From positions 10,894 to 74,893 of the forward strand of contig JAUSKB010000026.1 in NCBI GenBank assembly GCA_030647415.1: a stretch of 64,000 bases of DNA. Reading direction: 5' to 3'. A program made the translations under genes and the position numbers. The notes under the pieces are model-generated. The model was not told the origin of the DNA. It was given only the letters and a program-made list of their open reading frames with translations, and did not search any database. Position 1 is the first letter of the stretch. Each line of letters starts with the position of its first letter. The DNA comes from a bacterium. GTDB taxonomy: Bacteria > Patescibacteriota > Minisyncoccia > UBA6257 > GWB1-50-10. Of this stretch, positions 1 to 8,650 are shown one piece after another.

Positions 1-86
1 GTTCCATGGAATTGCGACTATGCTCGCGGGAATGAAAGGTCGACTAGAACCCATCTCAAAAAGAGGTCTCCCGAACAGCACACATA

Positions 87-2033
87 ATGAAACCAACAAC
101 ACCAGCAGAGAACGCCCGCCCTGCCAGCCCGCTTCGCCGAAACATCAGCCCAGCCTCGACTCGACGTCTCGGCGAGGCGGGCGAGGCAAGCCGGCTAGGC
201 AGGCGCGCCCCAAAACCGGCCCGTCAGGGCATCCGCGCCGCGGGCTCACGCGGCAATAAAGAGATTCGCCCGCCGGCCGCCCGCCAGCTCGTCCGACCGA
301 GTCATCCGGGCGGACCGGACGGACAGGTAGGCGTGCACCCCGGCCATCCGCCGGCGCCGCACAACCCCGACACACTCCGATGGATTGCCTTGGGGGGGCT
401 CGAGGAGATCGGGCGGAACATGATGCTCCTCGAGTACCGGGATGAGATTCTCGCCATCGACGCGGGACTTCTCTTCGCCGCGGGCGAGGAGACGCCGGGC
501 GTCGACTACATCATCCCGAACACCACCTACCTCGAGGAGCGCAAGAAAAATATCAAAGCGCTCATCATCACGCACGCGCACTACGACCATATCGGGGCTA
601 TCCCCCACGTCATGGATAAGATTGGGAACCCGCTCATCTACACCACAGAGCTCTCGAAGGAAATTATCATGAAGCGCCAGGGTGATTATCCAACGAGCGC
701 GAAGCCGCGATTCAACATCGTGAGGCCCGGCGAGACGCACCAGCTCGGGAAGTACTTTGCCATCACCTTGTTCGATGTGGTCCACAACATACCAGAGGGG
801 TTTGGTATGATCATCCGGACACCCATCGGGAACATCGTCCACCCGGGCGAGTTCAAGTTCGACTACGACCATGAGGGGAAGCCGAGGGGCTTGGACATCT
901 GGAAGCGGGTCGGCGAGGAGGGTATTCACACCCTCATGCTCGACTCGACCGGTGCGGAGGTACCGGGATATTCAGTGTCGGAGCGTGTCGTCGAGACAGA
1001 GCTTGAGAAGGTCTTCCGCGCCGCGCCGGGGAGAATCCTCGTCGGAACCTTCGCCTCGCTCCTCGACCGACTGGGTGAAATCGTGAAAATCGCGGAAAAA
1101 ATCGGCCGCCACGTGGCGGTCACCGGACGTTCCATGTCCACGAACCTCCAGATCGCCCAAAACCTCCACTACTTCAAATTCGAGAAGGGCACCATCATCC
1201 CCTTGGAGGAGATCGGAAAGTACCGCGACGAGAAGCTCCTCATCCTCTGCACGGGCGCGCAGGGCGAACCGAAGGGCGCGCTGATGCGCATCGCGACGGG
1301 CGAGCACCGGCAGCTCAAGGTGAGAACAACGGACACCATCGTGCTCTCCTCCTCGGCAATTCCGGGAAACGAGCGGAGCATCCAGAACCTGAAGGATGGG
1401 CTCGCCCGGCAGGGCGCCATGGTCTACCACAACAAGATGCTCGACATCCACTCGTCGGGTCACGCGCCACAGGAGGAGCTGAAGGAGGTCATGCGGCTCG
1501 TGAAGCCCCGGTTTTTCCTGCCTATCCACGGCTACTACTTCATGCGCTGGCGAAACGCCCGCCACGCGGAGGAGGCGCTCGGCATGAAGCCGGAACACAC
1601 CCTCCTCGCGGACAACGGCATCGTGGTGGAGTTCGGGAAGGACTTCGCCCGCGTGACGAACGAGGAGGTTCCCTCCTCCTACGTCATGGTGGACGGCCTG
1701 GGCGTGGGCGACGTGGGTGAGGTGGTCCTGCGGGACCGAAAAACGCTCGCCGAGGAGGGCATGCTCGTCATCATTGTGACCCTCACGAAGCGCGACGGGC
1801 GCATCCTGAAGAACCCCGACATCATCTCCCGTGGCTTCATCTACCTAAAGGACAACCACGAGCTCCTAGACGAGCTCCGCGCGAAGATTCGCGGCATCCT
1901 CTCGCGTATCCCGCGCCACCAGTCCGTGGACGCCGAGTACGCGAAGACCCTGATTCGCGACCAAATCGGCCAGTTCATCTTCACGAAAACGAAGCGTCGT
2001 CCTATGATCTTACCCGTCCTTATCGAAATCTAG
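87..2033 (+). CDS. rnj: Ribonuclease J
   Basis: LGGLEEIGRNM, THAHYDHIG (HxHxDH MBL motif), HSSGHA, PIHG, C-terminal TKRRPMILPV; ~95-aa Arg/Pro-rich N-terminal extension. Confidence 0.95.
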   Translation: MKPTTPAENARPASPLRRNISPASTRRLGEAGEASRLGRRAPKPARQGIRAAGSRGNKEIRPPAARQLVRPSHPGGPDGQVGVHPGHPPAPHNPDTLRWIALGGLEEIGRNMMLLEYRDEILAIDAGLLFAAGEETPGVDYIIPNTTYLEERKKNIKALIITHAHYDHIGAIPHVMDKIGNPLIYTTELSKEIIMKRQGDYPTSAKPRFNIVRPGETHQLGKYFAITLFDVVHNIPEGFGMIIRTPIGNIVHPGEFKFDYDHEGKPRGLDIWKRVGEEGIHTLMLDSTGAEVPGYSVSERVVETELEKVFRAAPGRILVGTFASLLDRLGEIVKIAEKIGRHVAVTGRSMSTNLQIAQNLHYFKFEKGTIIPLEEIGKYRDEKLLILCTGAQGEPKGALMRIATGEHRQLKVRTTDTIVLSSSAIPGNERSIQNLKDGLARQGAMVYHNKMLDIHSSGHAPQEELKEVMRLVKPRFFLPIHGYYFMRWRNARHAEEALGMKPEHTLLADNGIVVEFGKDFARVTNEEVPSSYVMVDGLGVGDVGEVVLRDRKTLAEEGMLVIIVTLTKRDGRILKNPDIISRGFIYLKDNHELLDELRAKIRGILSRIPRHQSVDAEYAKTLIRDQIGQFIFTKTKRRPMILPVLIEI

Positions 2034-2043
2034 GGTGGCTCCC

Positions 2044-2077
2044 GAAGTCCGACCCCGCCGTGGCGGGGTCGGACTTC
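2044..2077. repeat. REP-like palindrome / possible terminator after rnj
   Basis: GAAGTCCGACCCCGCC-GT-GGCGGGGTCGGACTTC, 16-bp perfect stem; related copy at ~45497-45540 (also followed by CCAAATATTG). Confidence 0.7.
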
Positions 2078-2098
2078 CAAATATTGGTCCTGCGCCGA

Positions 2099-2137
2099 TT
2101 TTGCTAAAACCCGCTCATAGAGCGGGTTTTAGCAAAA
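2099..2137. terminator. Palindromic hairpin, likely bidirectional terminator
   Basis: TTTTGCTAAAACCCGCTC-ATA-GAGCGGGTTTTAGCAAAA. Confidence 0.55.
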
Positions 2138-2199
2138 AAATTGACAGAAAATAATTCTCGTGATAGAAAGAAGTTAGTCCACAAACAAAAAGGAGGAAG

Positions 2200-2691
2200 A
2201 TGTTTACTTTGACTGTGAAACATCCAGGCGTGCGCCCGGAAATCATCTCGGGTCTCTTTGATCCGCGGTATGGGTATATTCTCGACCTTCGCACCGGTAA
2301 TCGGAAGGAGGATGGAACGTTGGTCTTCATCCTCTCAATTGATGTGGTCGAGAAAGAGGGTGGGTGCATACTCGGAAGGTTCGAATTCGAGGAGATTGTA
2401 GAATTTTTCGGCGAAATGGGAGTTCGTGTTTCGGATGCTCTCTTCCACCCACGCCGAGATATACTGGACGCGATTGCCACAGAAATCGTAGAGAATCACT
2501 GGCTCTCCAAAAATCATGAAAGGCTTACTATCACGGCCCTCCCCACTGGAAAGGCTGGTGGGGTAAACTACGAAAGCGGCCTCAATATGACTCCAAATAG
2601 GCCCAACGAAAAACTCCAATACTTCCCTCTCGCCCCTCAAAAACCGGATTCCGTGGAAGATTTGGAGGGGGTTTTCGAAGACCCTGATTGA
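2200..2691 (+). CDS. Hypothetical protein, paralog of 3934..4353
   Basis: TTGACA at 2141, SD AGGAGG; shared blocks RYxYxLxLR, FxLSIxV, LGxFEFExxxEF, LNMxxNxP with the downstream paralog. Confidence 0.8.
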   Translation: MFTLTVKHPGVRPEIISGLFDPRYGYILDLRTGNRKEDGTLVFILSIDVVEKEGGCILGRFEFEEIVEFFGEMGVRVSDALFHPRRDILDAIATEIVENHWLSKNHERLTITALPTGKAGGVNYESGLNMTPNRPNEKLQYFPLAPQKPDSVEDLEGVFEDPD

Positions 2692-2867
2692 ACGTTCATA
2701 CGGCCCCGCGCATGCGGGGCCGCTTTTTTCACCCTAGGCCCCAGAGGCGAAGCCTCTGGAAAACCTTTTGTGGTATAATATGGACAATATTCCTTCAAAG
2801 ATTCGCCAGCAGGAGGCTGCGACATATTCCACCACCGCGCCAAACACATCTCGCCTCCAAACTCCAG

Positions 2868-2905
2868 TGTCTCAAATTTGTATCATATGATACAAATTTG
2901 AGACA
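2868..2905. repeat. 38-bp perfect palindrome
   Basis: TGTCTCAAATTTGTATCAT|ATGATACAAATTTGAGACA. Confidence 0.9.
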
Positions 2906-2957
2906 TCTGTCTTTTTATCATTTGTGCTCTGAACGAACGCGTCGGCCGGCCGCAAAC

Positions 2958-3215
2958 CTACTGGTACACCTTGTGGTTGCCTACAGAGTAGAAATACACC
3001 ACCTCCCCCTCGCCTCGCTGGAACACAATCCGGTACCTGAATCCAATTGAGAAAGACCAGAAATCTTTCAAACGGCCGTGGAGCTTGTGCGCACCGAGCC
3101 GCGTATCAAACGAATCGACACGGAACAGAGCTTCGCGTTTCTCTGCCTCAATCTGCGTCTTGTGGGGGAGTTTTTTATATTCTCGTATGAATTTCGGTGC
3201 GTATACAATTCTCAT
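2958..3215 (-). CDS. RelE/YafQ-family type II toxin (mRNA interferase)
   Basis: 85 aa, MRIVYAPKFIREYKKL...HKLHGRLKDFWSFSIGFRYRIVF...VGNHKVY. Confidence 0.85.
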   Translation of the reverse strand: MRIVYAPKFIREYKKLPHKTQIEAEKREALFRVDSFDTRLGAHKLHGRLKDFWSFSIGFRYRIVFQRGEGEVVYFYSVGNHKVYQ

Positions 3216-3221
3216 GAATCG

Positions 3222-3446
3222 TTACGCGCGCCCTCGCAAACTTTTCAGTGAATGCAGTATCCTCCCCTTTCCTCGCGCAATGTCGCGTTGCGCCTCTCGA
3301 AGCTCTTGAAGCACCTGCTCTTCGTCCCAAAGACGAAGAAGGTCTCTAAAAAACTCGCTTTTCGTCGCATAGCGTCCGCTTGCGACCGCACACTCAACTT
3401 TTTTTGCAAGTTCGGAAGGGAGCGAAATATTGATGATGTTTCTCAT
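3222..3446 (-). CDS. Ribbon-helix-helix (ParD/CopG-like) antitoxin
   Basis: INISLPSEL...VASGRYATKSEFFRDLLR; directly upstream of the toxin. Confidence 0.85.
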   Translation of the reverse strand: MRNIINISLPSELAKKVECAVASGRYATKSEFFRDLLRLWDEEQVLQELREAQRDIARGKGRILHSLKSLRGRA

Positions 3447-3540
3447 GAATCAGGTTCTCACCTATAATGCTCGTGCGACTCTTTTCGGCATTGTAACATA
3501 TATTATTACAGGCGCAAGTGAGGTTGTGGCAACCTGGTGC

Positions 3541-3568
3541 TTGACAAATAGAATAAGTGTGTTAAGAT
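3541..3568 (+). promoter_or_regulatory. sigma70-type promoter
   Basis: TTGACA-16-TAAGAT. Confidence 0.55.
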
Positions 3569-3574
3569 GCTATC

Positions 3575-3915
3575 AGAATTTTTTCCTGTCGAGCGGCGCT
3601 TGCGGTGGGCATGCGCGACAGCGTGCGGTACAGCGTCATGAGGCCAATTTCCACTCCCGGAAATCCCTTGACGCCATTTCAAGGAAGAGTGGGGTGAGAG
3701 TCTCGGGCGGTTCCTGCCGTCTGGGGAGAGATGACCTTGCTCGTCCACTGTCGACTATGGAAGGTCGGCACGTCTGGGCAACCGGACGGTGGATGCAGGA
3801 TAGCTTCCATAACTGGGCCCGGCAATTCGATTGTCGGGCCCTTCCAATTTCCGGGACGTTGACGCTGGCGTCCGATACGTGGTAGAAGATATGTAGTTCA
3901 CGTGCGCATTTATCA
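3575..3915 (+). ncRNA. Putative structured leader RNA of unknown family
   Basis: Long-range pairings 3631-3638/3860-3867 and 3656-3664/3847-3855, several local hairpins, possible pseudoknot 3756-3763/3804-3811. Confidence 0.5.
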
Positions 3916-3933
3916 CATTTAATAGGAGGTTCC

Positions 3934-4353
3934 ATGCAGATTTCAATTCTGGCGCTCATCAGCAGACAACAAATTCATTCGGAGTATTTCGCCCGCCGGT
4001 ACGCCTACATGCTGAAACTGCGACCGATGGAAACCGGTGAATGGAAGTTCGTCCTCTCCATCGAGGTGTTTCCAGACGACCATAGTAAGGTCCTCGGGGA
4101 GTTCGAGTTCGAACAACTGCTCGAATTCCCACCACAGGTGACTATGAGCGTCATGGACAGCTTTTTCGCTGAACCGAAGAAAAAGCTTGTCGCTCTGGAG
4201 ACACTCGTCAAAAAATACGCAAAGTTCGATTTCGAGGACGGCGTCGTCCGTATCGAAGCGCTACATATAGATTACGTGAGTAACCTAAATATGGTGGCGA
4301 ACAAGCCCGATGCACAACTTCTGCATTTTCCGTTCACTTCCCTGCCCAAATAA
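3934..4353 (+). CDS. Hypothetical protein, paralog of 2200..2691
   Basis: SD AGGAGG; alignable over most of its length to the 2200 ORF. Confidence 0.8.
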   Translation: MQISILALISRQQIHSEYFARRYAYMLKLRPMETGEWKFVLSIEVFPDDHSKVLGEFEFEQLLEFPPQVTMSVMDSFFAEPKKKLVALETLVKKYAKFDFEDGVVRIEALHIDYVSNLNMVANKPDAQLLHFPFTSLPK

Positions 4354-4525
4354 TGAAGGTTTGGGCTTGGAGAAAGAAATGCTCATCGTTCTAAATTACG
4401 ACCCCGCCGTGGCGGGGCCGCTTTTGTTTTTTGCCCGCGCTCTTGAGACTCAGCATGGAATTCCTCGCGCGTGGCGCAGGGCGGGTCGTTGGTTACACAC
4501 AGAATTGCGCATACGAGGAATCTGT

Positions 4526-5524
4526 ATGAAAATGATCTCAATGAATCCAGAAAAAAGCTCCGCTCGTAATCTCCCGAAGAGCGGCGAGTTAGATATCGAA
4601 CGGGCGCTCGAGCGGACGCGCCTCATGCCCGAAACAGCGCGTGTGACACTCGCAACGGTCCGTGAGTTCGTGCCTAAAGGTCCGGTAGCCACACTCGACT
4701 ACACGATCGCCGACAGCGCCGGCGTGCCGAGTGTTGAGCGGTGGAATCGCACGGAAGGGCGTGACGGAACCCTGCTCGGCTTCTCATACACTGATGGCGG
4801 CGAAACCATTTTAAACTTTGATCACCATAGTCGCGCGAGAGAGTTTGAGCGGCGCGTTTCAACCACAAACCTCGTTTCCCAGTTCCTCCGCGAGGGAAAT
4901 GTGGTCGAGGGCGTGCCGCTCATTCACCACACTGATTGTGACAGCGTGCTCGCGAGCCTCCTCGCAAGCGGCGGCGCGGAATCAAATGAGCTATTCGACA
5001 ACGCGGCGATTGCGGCAGATCACACGGGCGCGCGGAATGAAATTGCAGACCTCCTCCAGGCACTTGGACCATTCCGCGACTACACGCGGTCACTGTACGC
5101 CCTCAATGCACTCCTCCACGGAGAGCAACTCGATGGTGAAACAAGAGCACGTGTCGAAAAACGGCAGCGCGATCGTGCGCAGGTAGCTGCGCTCCCGTTC
5201 GAGACGTTTGCTCACCGCGTAGTACTTGCCCACATCAAGGACCGTGTCGACGGGGAGCTTGCTCCGGCGGCGTTCCCCCGCGCAGCTGTAATCCTTCTCG
5301 CCAGACCAATGCCTGACGTTTCAAACCGATGGGAAATAAAGGTGCGTGCGGGACTTGCCTTCCCCGAAGGGCGCTCGCTCCACGAGCTATCGCTTGATGC
5401 ATACGGCGGAAGATGGAACGCGGGGAGCACAAAACGCAGCGGAGGTACAGCGCTCACCCCAGAGCACTACGCGGAGCTCGTGAGCCGGCAAATCGAAGAA
5501 GTATTCGGGAATCAGCGGGCATAG
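4526..5524 (+). CDS. DHH-like phosphoesterase
   Basis: NFDHH, HTDCDS, AADH, GGRWNAGS motifs; start codon uncertain. Confidence 0.55.
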   Translation: MKMISMNPEKSSARNLPKSGELDIERALERTRLMPETARVTLATVREFVPKGPVATLDYTIADSAGVPSVERWNRTEGRDGTLLGFSYTDGGETILNFDHHSRAREFERRVSTTNLVSQFLREGNVVEGVPLIHHTDCDSVLASLLASGGAESNELFDNAAIAADHTGARNEIADLLQALGPFRDYTRSLYALNALLHGEQLDGETRARVEKRQRDRAQVAALPFETFAHRVVLAHIKDRVDGELAPAAFPRAAVILLARPMPDVSNRWEIKVRAGLAFPEGRSLHELSLDAYGGRWNAGSTKRSGGTALTPEHYAELVSRQIEEVFGNQRA

Positions 5525-5580
5525 CTTCCCTTTTTCTGGAGTTCGCCTATGCTAGAGGTATCGAAGCGGAAGCTTGCGGT

Positions 5581-6606
5581 ATGACAACAAAAAAACTAAC
5601 ACCAAAAGCGGAGGGGGCACCCAAGAGAAAACCAGTGCTCGTTTCTGGCATCCAGCCGACCGGGAAGCTCCATCTCGGGAACTACCTCGGCGCCCTGAAG
5701 CATTTCGTGGAGCTCCAGAATTCGGGGAAATACAACTGCTATTTCTTTATTGCCGATCTCCACTCCATGACGGAGGCGTACAATCCGGACGAAAAGCCCT
5801 CCCAGATCCTCGATCTTGCGGCGGACTACCTCGCGGCAGGTATTGATTCCAAACAATCAATCTTGTTCGTGCAGTCGGAGGTACCGGCGCACGCGGAGCT
5901 CGCGTGGATTTTGAATACGGTGACACCCATAGGCGAGCTCAAGCGCATGACGCAGTTCAAGGAGAAGGGCGGAACCGACGGGGACGCAACAAATGCCGGC
6001 CTGTTTGACTACCCAGTCCTCATGGCGGCGGATATCCTTCTGTACAACGCGGCGGTCGTGCCAGTCGGCGACGATCAGGATCAGCACTTGGAGCTCACCC
6101 GGACGCTCGTGCGACGATTCAATAAGCGCTACGGTGACACCTTCGTCGAACCCCAACCGCTCCACACGAACGTGCTGCGGCTCATGAGTCTGGACGACCC
6201 AAGGCGGAAAATGTCAAAATCTCGCTCCGCGGGATGCCTCTTCCTCGACGATGAGCCGGCGGTGATCCGAAAGAAAATCATGCGCGCGGTCACCGACTCG
6301 GGGAACGAGGTGCTCGCGGAGGTCGAGGGGAAACCCGCGATGACGAACCTCCTCCTCATCTACAGCGCCCTCTCGGGAATCGCAGTGCGGGATATCGAAA
6401 AGAAGTACGCGGGGAAGGGGTACGGCGAATTCAAGAAGGGCCTCGCGGAGGTCGTGGTAAATTCACTCACACCTTTCCAAGCGGCGAAAAAAAAGCTGAA
6501 ACCGGCGATCGTCGAGAAAGCGCTGGACGATGGTGCGAAGCAGGCGCGTACGGTCGCCATAAAAAAGCTCCGCGAGGTCTACGCCAGCGTGGGCCTTATG
6601 CGGTAA
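5581..6606 (+). CDS. trpS: Tryptophanyl-tRNA synthetase
   Basis: SGIQPTG, HLGN, YPVLMAADIL, VGDDQDQH, KMSKS. Confidence 0.97.
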   Translation: MTTKKLTPKAEGAPKRKPVLVSGIQPTGKLHLGNYLGALKHFVELQNSGKYNCYFFIADLHSMTEAYNPDEKPSQILDLAADYLAAGIDSKQSILFVQSEVPAHAELAWILNTVTPIGELKRMTQFKEKGGTDGDATNAGLFDYPVLMAADILLYNAAVVPVGDDQDQHLELTRTLVRRFNKRYGDTFVEPQPLHTNVLRLMSLDDPRRKMSKSRSAGCLFLDDEPAVIRKKIMRAVTDSGNEVLAEVEGKPAMTNLLLIYSALSGIAVRDIEKKYAGKGYGEFKKGLAEVVVNSLTPFQAAKKKLKPAIVEKALDDGAKQARTVAIKKLREVYASVGLMR

Positions 6607-6609
6607 ATT

Positions 6610-7392
6610 ATGCCCTCTACAAAACCACTTGAGGGAGTTGGGCTTTCCGAACGACAGGCACGAGTATACCTCGGCACGCTTGAACTCGGACGTGGCACCG
6701 TTCAGGAAATAGCAGTGAAGTGCGGCGAAAAACGGGTAACGACGCATGTGATTCTTATAGAGCTCGAGTCAAAGGGACTCGTTCGGTTTATAAAATCCGG
6801 GAAACATCGGATTGTCGAAACAACCCCCCCGGAGTCACTCCTTGCACTCATTCGCGACCAGGAGCGCCTGCTCCGCGTCCGTGAGGAAACACTGCGTAAA
6901 ACGCTTCCGGAGCTCTCGATGGTCTATAATCTTGCGCACGCGAGTCCGACCGTGAAATTCTATGAAGGTCCGGAGGGCATCCGCGCACTCCGCGAAGAAG
7001 CGCTTCGTGCAAGCAGTAAGGTGAAGCGCGTAGTGGGATTTGTATCAATCGACAAGCTTTTCGCGGCATTCGGTAAGGGCGAGCAGGAATTTTCGTTGGA
7101 GCGCGTACAACGCGGTATCCGTTCCCGAGTCATCTACACCACGAAAAGCGGTCCGCGACCTGACGCGACAAGCCCAAAGCTCCTCCGCGAAGCGAGGTTT
7201 GTCCCGCCGGAAAAGTTCCCATTCCAGAGCGACATATCCATCTACGGCGACAAGGTTTCCTTTGTGGCGCTCACCGGGAACTTGAATGGGGTCATGATCA
7301 CCAGCAAGAGTATCGCAGATACCATGCTCGCTATCTTTGAACTCGCCTGGATCCAGGCGGAAAAAACCGACCGGGCGGCACGCGGTGAGTAA
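6610..7392 (+). CDS. TrmB-family transcriptional regulator
   Basis: GLSERQARVYL wHTH...LESKGLV; KFYEGPEGI; IYGDKV; FELAW C-terminus. Confidence 0.85.
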   Translation: MPSTKPLEGVGLSERQARVYLGTLELGRGTVQEIAVKCGEKRVTTHVILIELESKGLVRFIKSGKHRIVETTPPESLLALIRDQERLLRVREETLRKTLPELSMVYNLAHASPTVKFYEGPEGIRALREEALRASSKVKRVVGFVSIDKLFAAFGKGEQEFSLERVQRGIRSRVIYTTKSGPRPDATSPKLLREARFVPPEKFPFQSDISIYGDKVSFVALTGNLNGVMITSKSIADTMLAIFELAWIQAEKTDRAARGE

Positions 7393-7407
7393 TTCTGCCA
7401 CTGGGGC

Positions 7408-7436
7408 TTGACAAAAAATTATATAGGAGCTATAAT
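7408..7436 (+). promoter_or_regulatory. Consensus sigma70 promoter
   Basis: TTGACA-17-TATAAT. Confidence 0.85.
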
Positions 7437-7442
7437 TGCGCC

Positions 7443-7795
7443 AGAATTATTAATTCACCGTTTCATCCACCCATCGGAGACCGACGTATGGGATGGTAGA
7501 CCTTAAGCCACAGCCTCGTCGCAGGTGTATACGCATGCATCGCATGCATGTCCACCTGCCGTCGAGGAGGGGCATAAATAAAGATTTTCGGTCTAACCAC
7601 TTACTACCAAGAAAGGAGATTTAGTTATGTTCTGGTAGTCTGCGGCGTTTATTAGATGTTGGAACCGGGCGTCGAGCCGCGACGCGAAAAGGTTCCTATG
7701 GATTACCTCTAATAATATGATGTGTGTTTCTCACTCATAGATATAGAGGGGTGTACATATTCTGGAGCGATGACGCAAGTCGTCGCTCCTTTTTT
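7443..7795 (+). ncRNA. Putative ~350-nt stand-alone structured RNA containing an M-F-W minigene (7627..7638)
   Basis: Bounded by a consensus promoter and an intrinsic terminator, no ORF of 60 aa or more, several long helices. Confidence 0.6.
7764..7795 (+). terminator. Rho-independent terminator
   Basis: GGAGCGATGAC-GCAA-GTCGTCGCTCC-TTTTTT. Confidence 0.85.
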
Positions 7796-7913
7796 ATTTA
7801 CAATCAGTATTTTTGACTAATATACTGTTAAAATAATATAACTTTATTGTTACTACATATGATTAAATTAGATATATGATGGTTTATATAGGTATAATAA
7901 GAGTTATATGCTA

Positions 7914-7942
7914 TTGACAAATAAAACAAGCGGGTGTATACT
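7914..7942 (+). promoter_or_regulatory. sigma70 promoter
   Basis: TTGACA-17-TATACT with extended -10 TG. Confidence 0.8.
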
Positions 7943-7948
7943 GTCACC

Positions 7949-8640
7949 AGAAACTTGAGATTTGGACAAGTACATAGGAATTTCAGGGGAAGGGTTCCCC
8001 CTCCCAGTCTTAATACCGAGGGGCCTTCCCCTGAAATTCCTATGCGCCAAGCCATACCGAGACGAAAGTCCACGGGTATAAGACTAAGACGCAGAGGAGC
8101 TATGCGGCAGCCACTTCTTCATTCGTTCCATCCCTTACAAGAAACGAATGAGGAGGTGCTCTTGGGGTAACTGGGGACTTTTTCCCCATCATGCTTTCTG
8201 GGTGATATGGATAACCTAGTTGGCAAATACCACAAGTGAGATCGTCAAGTGATGTCGTCTTGACGACCAGCCGCGAGGGTTTGCTGGCTCGTACAGCCAG
8301 CGAGAGCGCTTTTTCCTACAGAGGCATTTCTGCAACTGCACTAAATTTGCATCAAGGTGCACGGCAGTATGACTTTTGCAAGGGTTTCCCGCTCGTTCCA
8401 AGTAATGCGCAGTTTTGGTCATTACAGAAAATGACCTACTGAAGCAGAGCGGTTCCGATCGGCCGACTGGAACGCAGCGCGGGTCGAACCCGCGCTAGGA
8501 CGAACCACGCCAGGTGCGTGGAGAAACATACAGTTTGTGGGGTGATTGGAAAAAACCAATCGCCCCTACACTCGAGGTCATCACATGGTGTGGTGCACTC
8601 GACGGTAGGAAAGTGAACATTCACAAACTAATGGCTAGGA
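7949..8640 (+). ncRNA. Putative ~700-nt highly structured leader/ncRNA
   Basis: 21-bp perfect stem 7973-7993/8024-8044, 16-bp stem with G-U pairs 8112-8127/8143-8158, about 10 further hairpins, no convincing ORF. Confidence 0.55.
8539..8618 (+). repeat. Two-hairpin leader motif, copy 1
   Basis: GGGGTGATTGG/CCAATCGCCCC then TACACTCGAGGTCATCAC..GTGGTG..CTCGACGGTAG. Confidence 0.9.
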
Positions 8641-8650
8641 GAGTAACACT

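Noticed and set aside
3745-3770. CCACTG...GGAAGG as a cobalamin riboswitch
   Set aside because: B12 box and the other core motifs are not visible
3815-3846. Hairpin with TTCGA ending in CCA as a tRNA
   Set aside because: No D-arm, anticodon arm or matching 5' acceptor strand
3430-3885. 151-aa ORF, and short ORFs at 7828-8624
   Set aside because: No SD or recognisable protein features; they overlap promoters and strong RNA structure
8059-8071. GACGAAAGTCC as RNase P RNA or hammerhead core
   Set aside because: No complementary P4 3' strand and no CUGAnGA partner; reads as a simple GNRA hairpin
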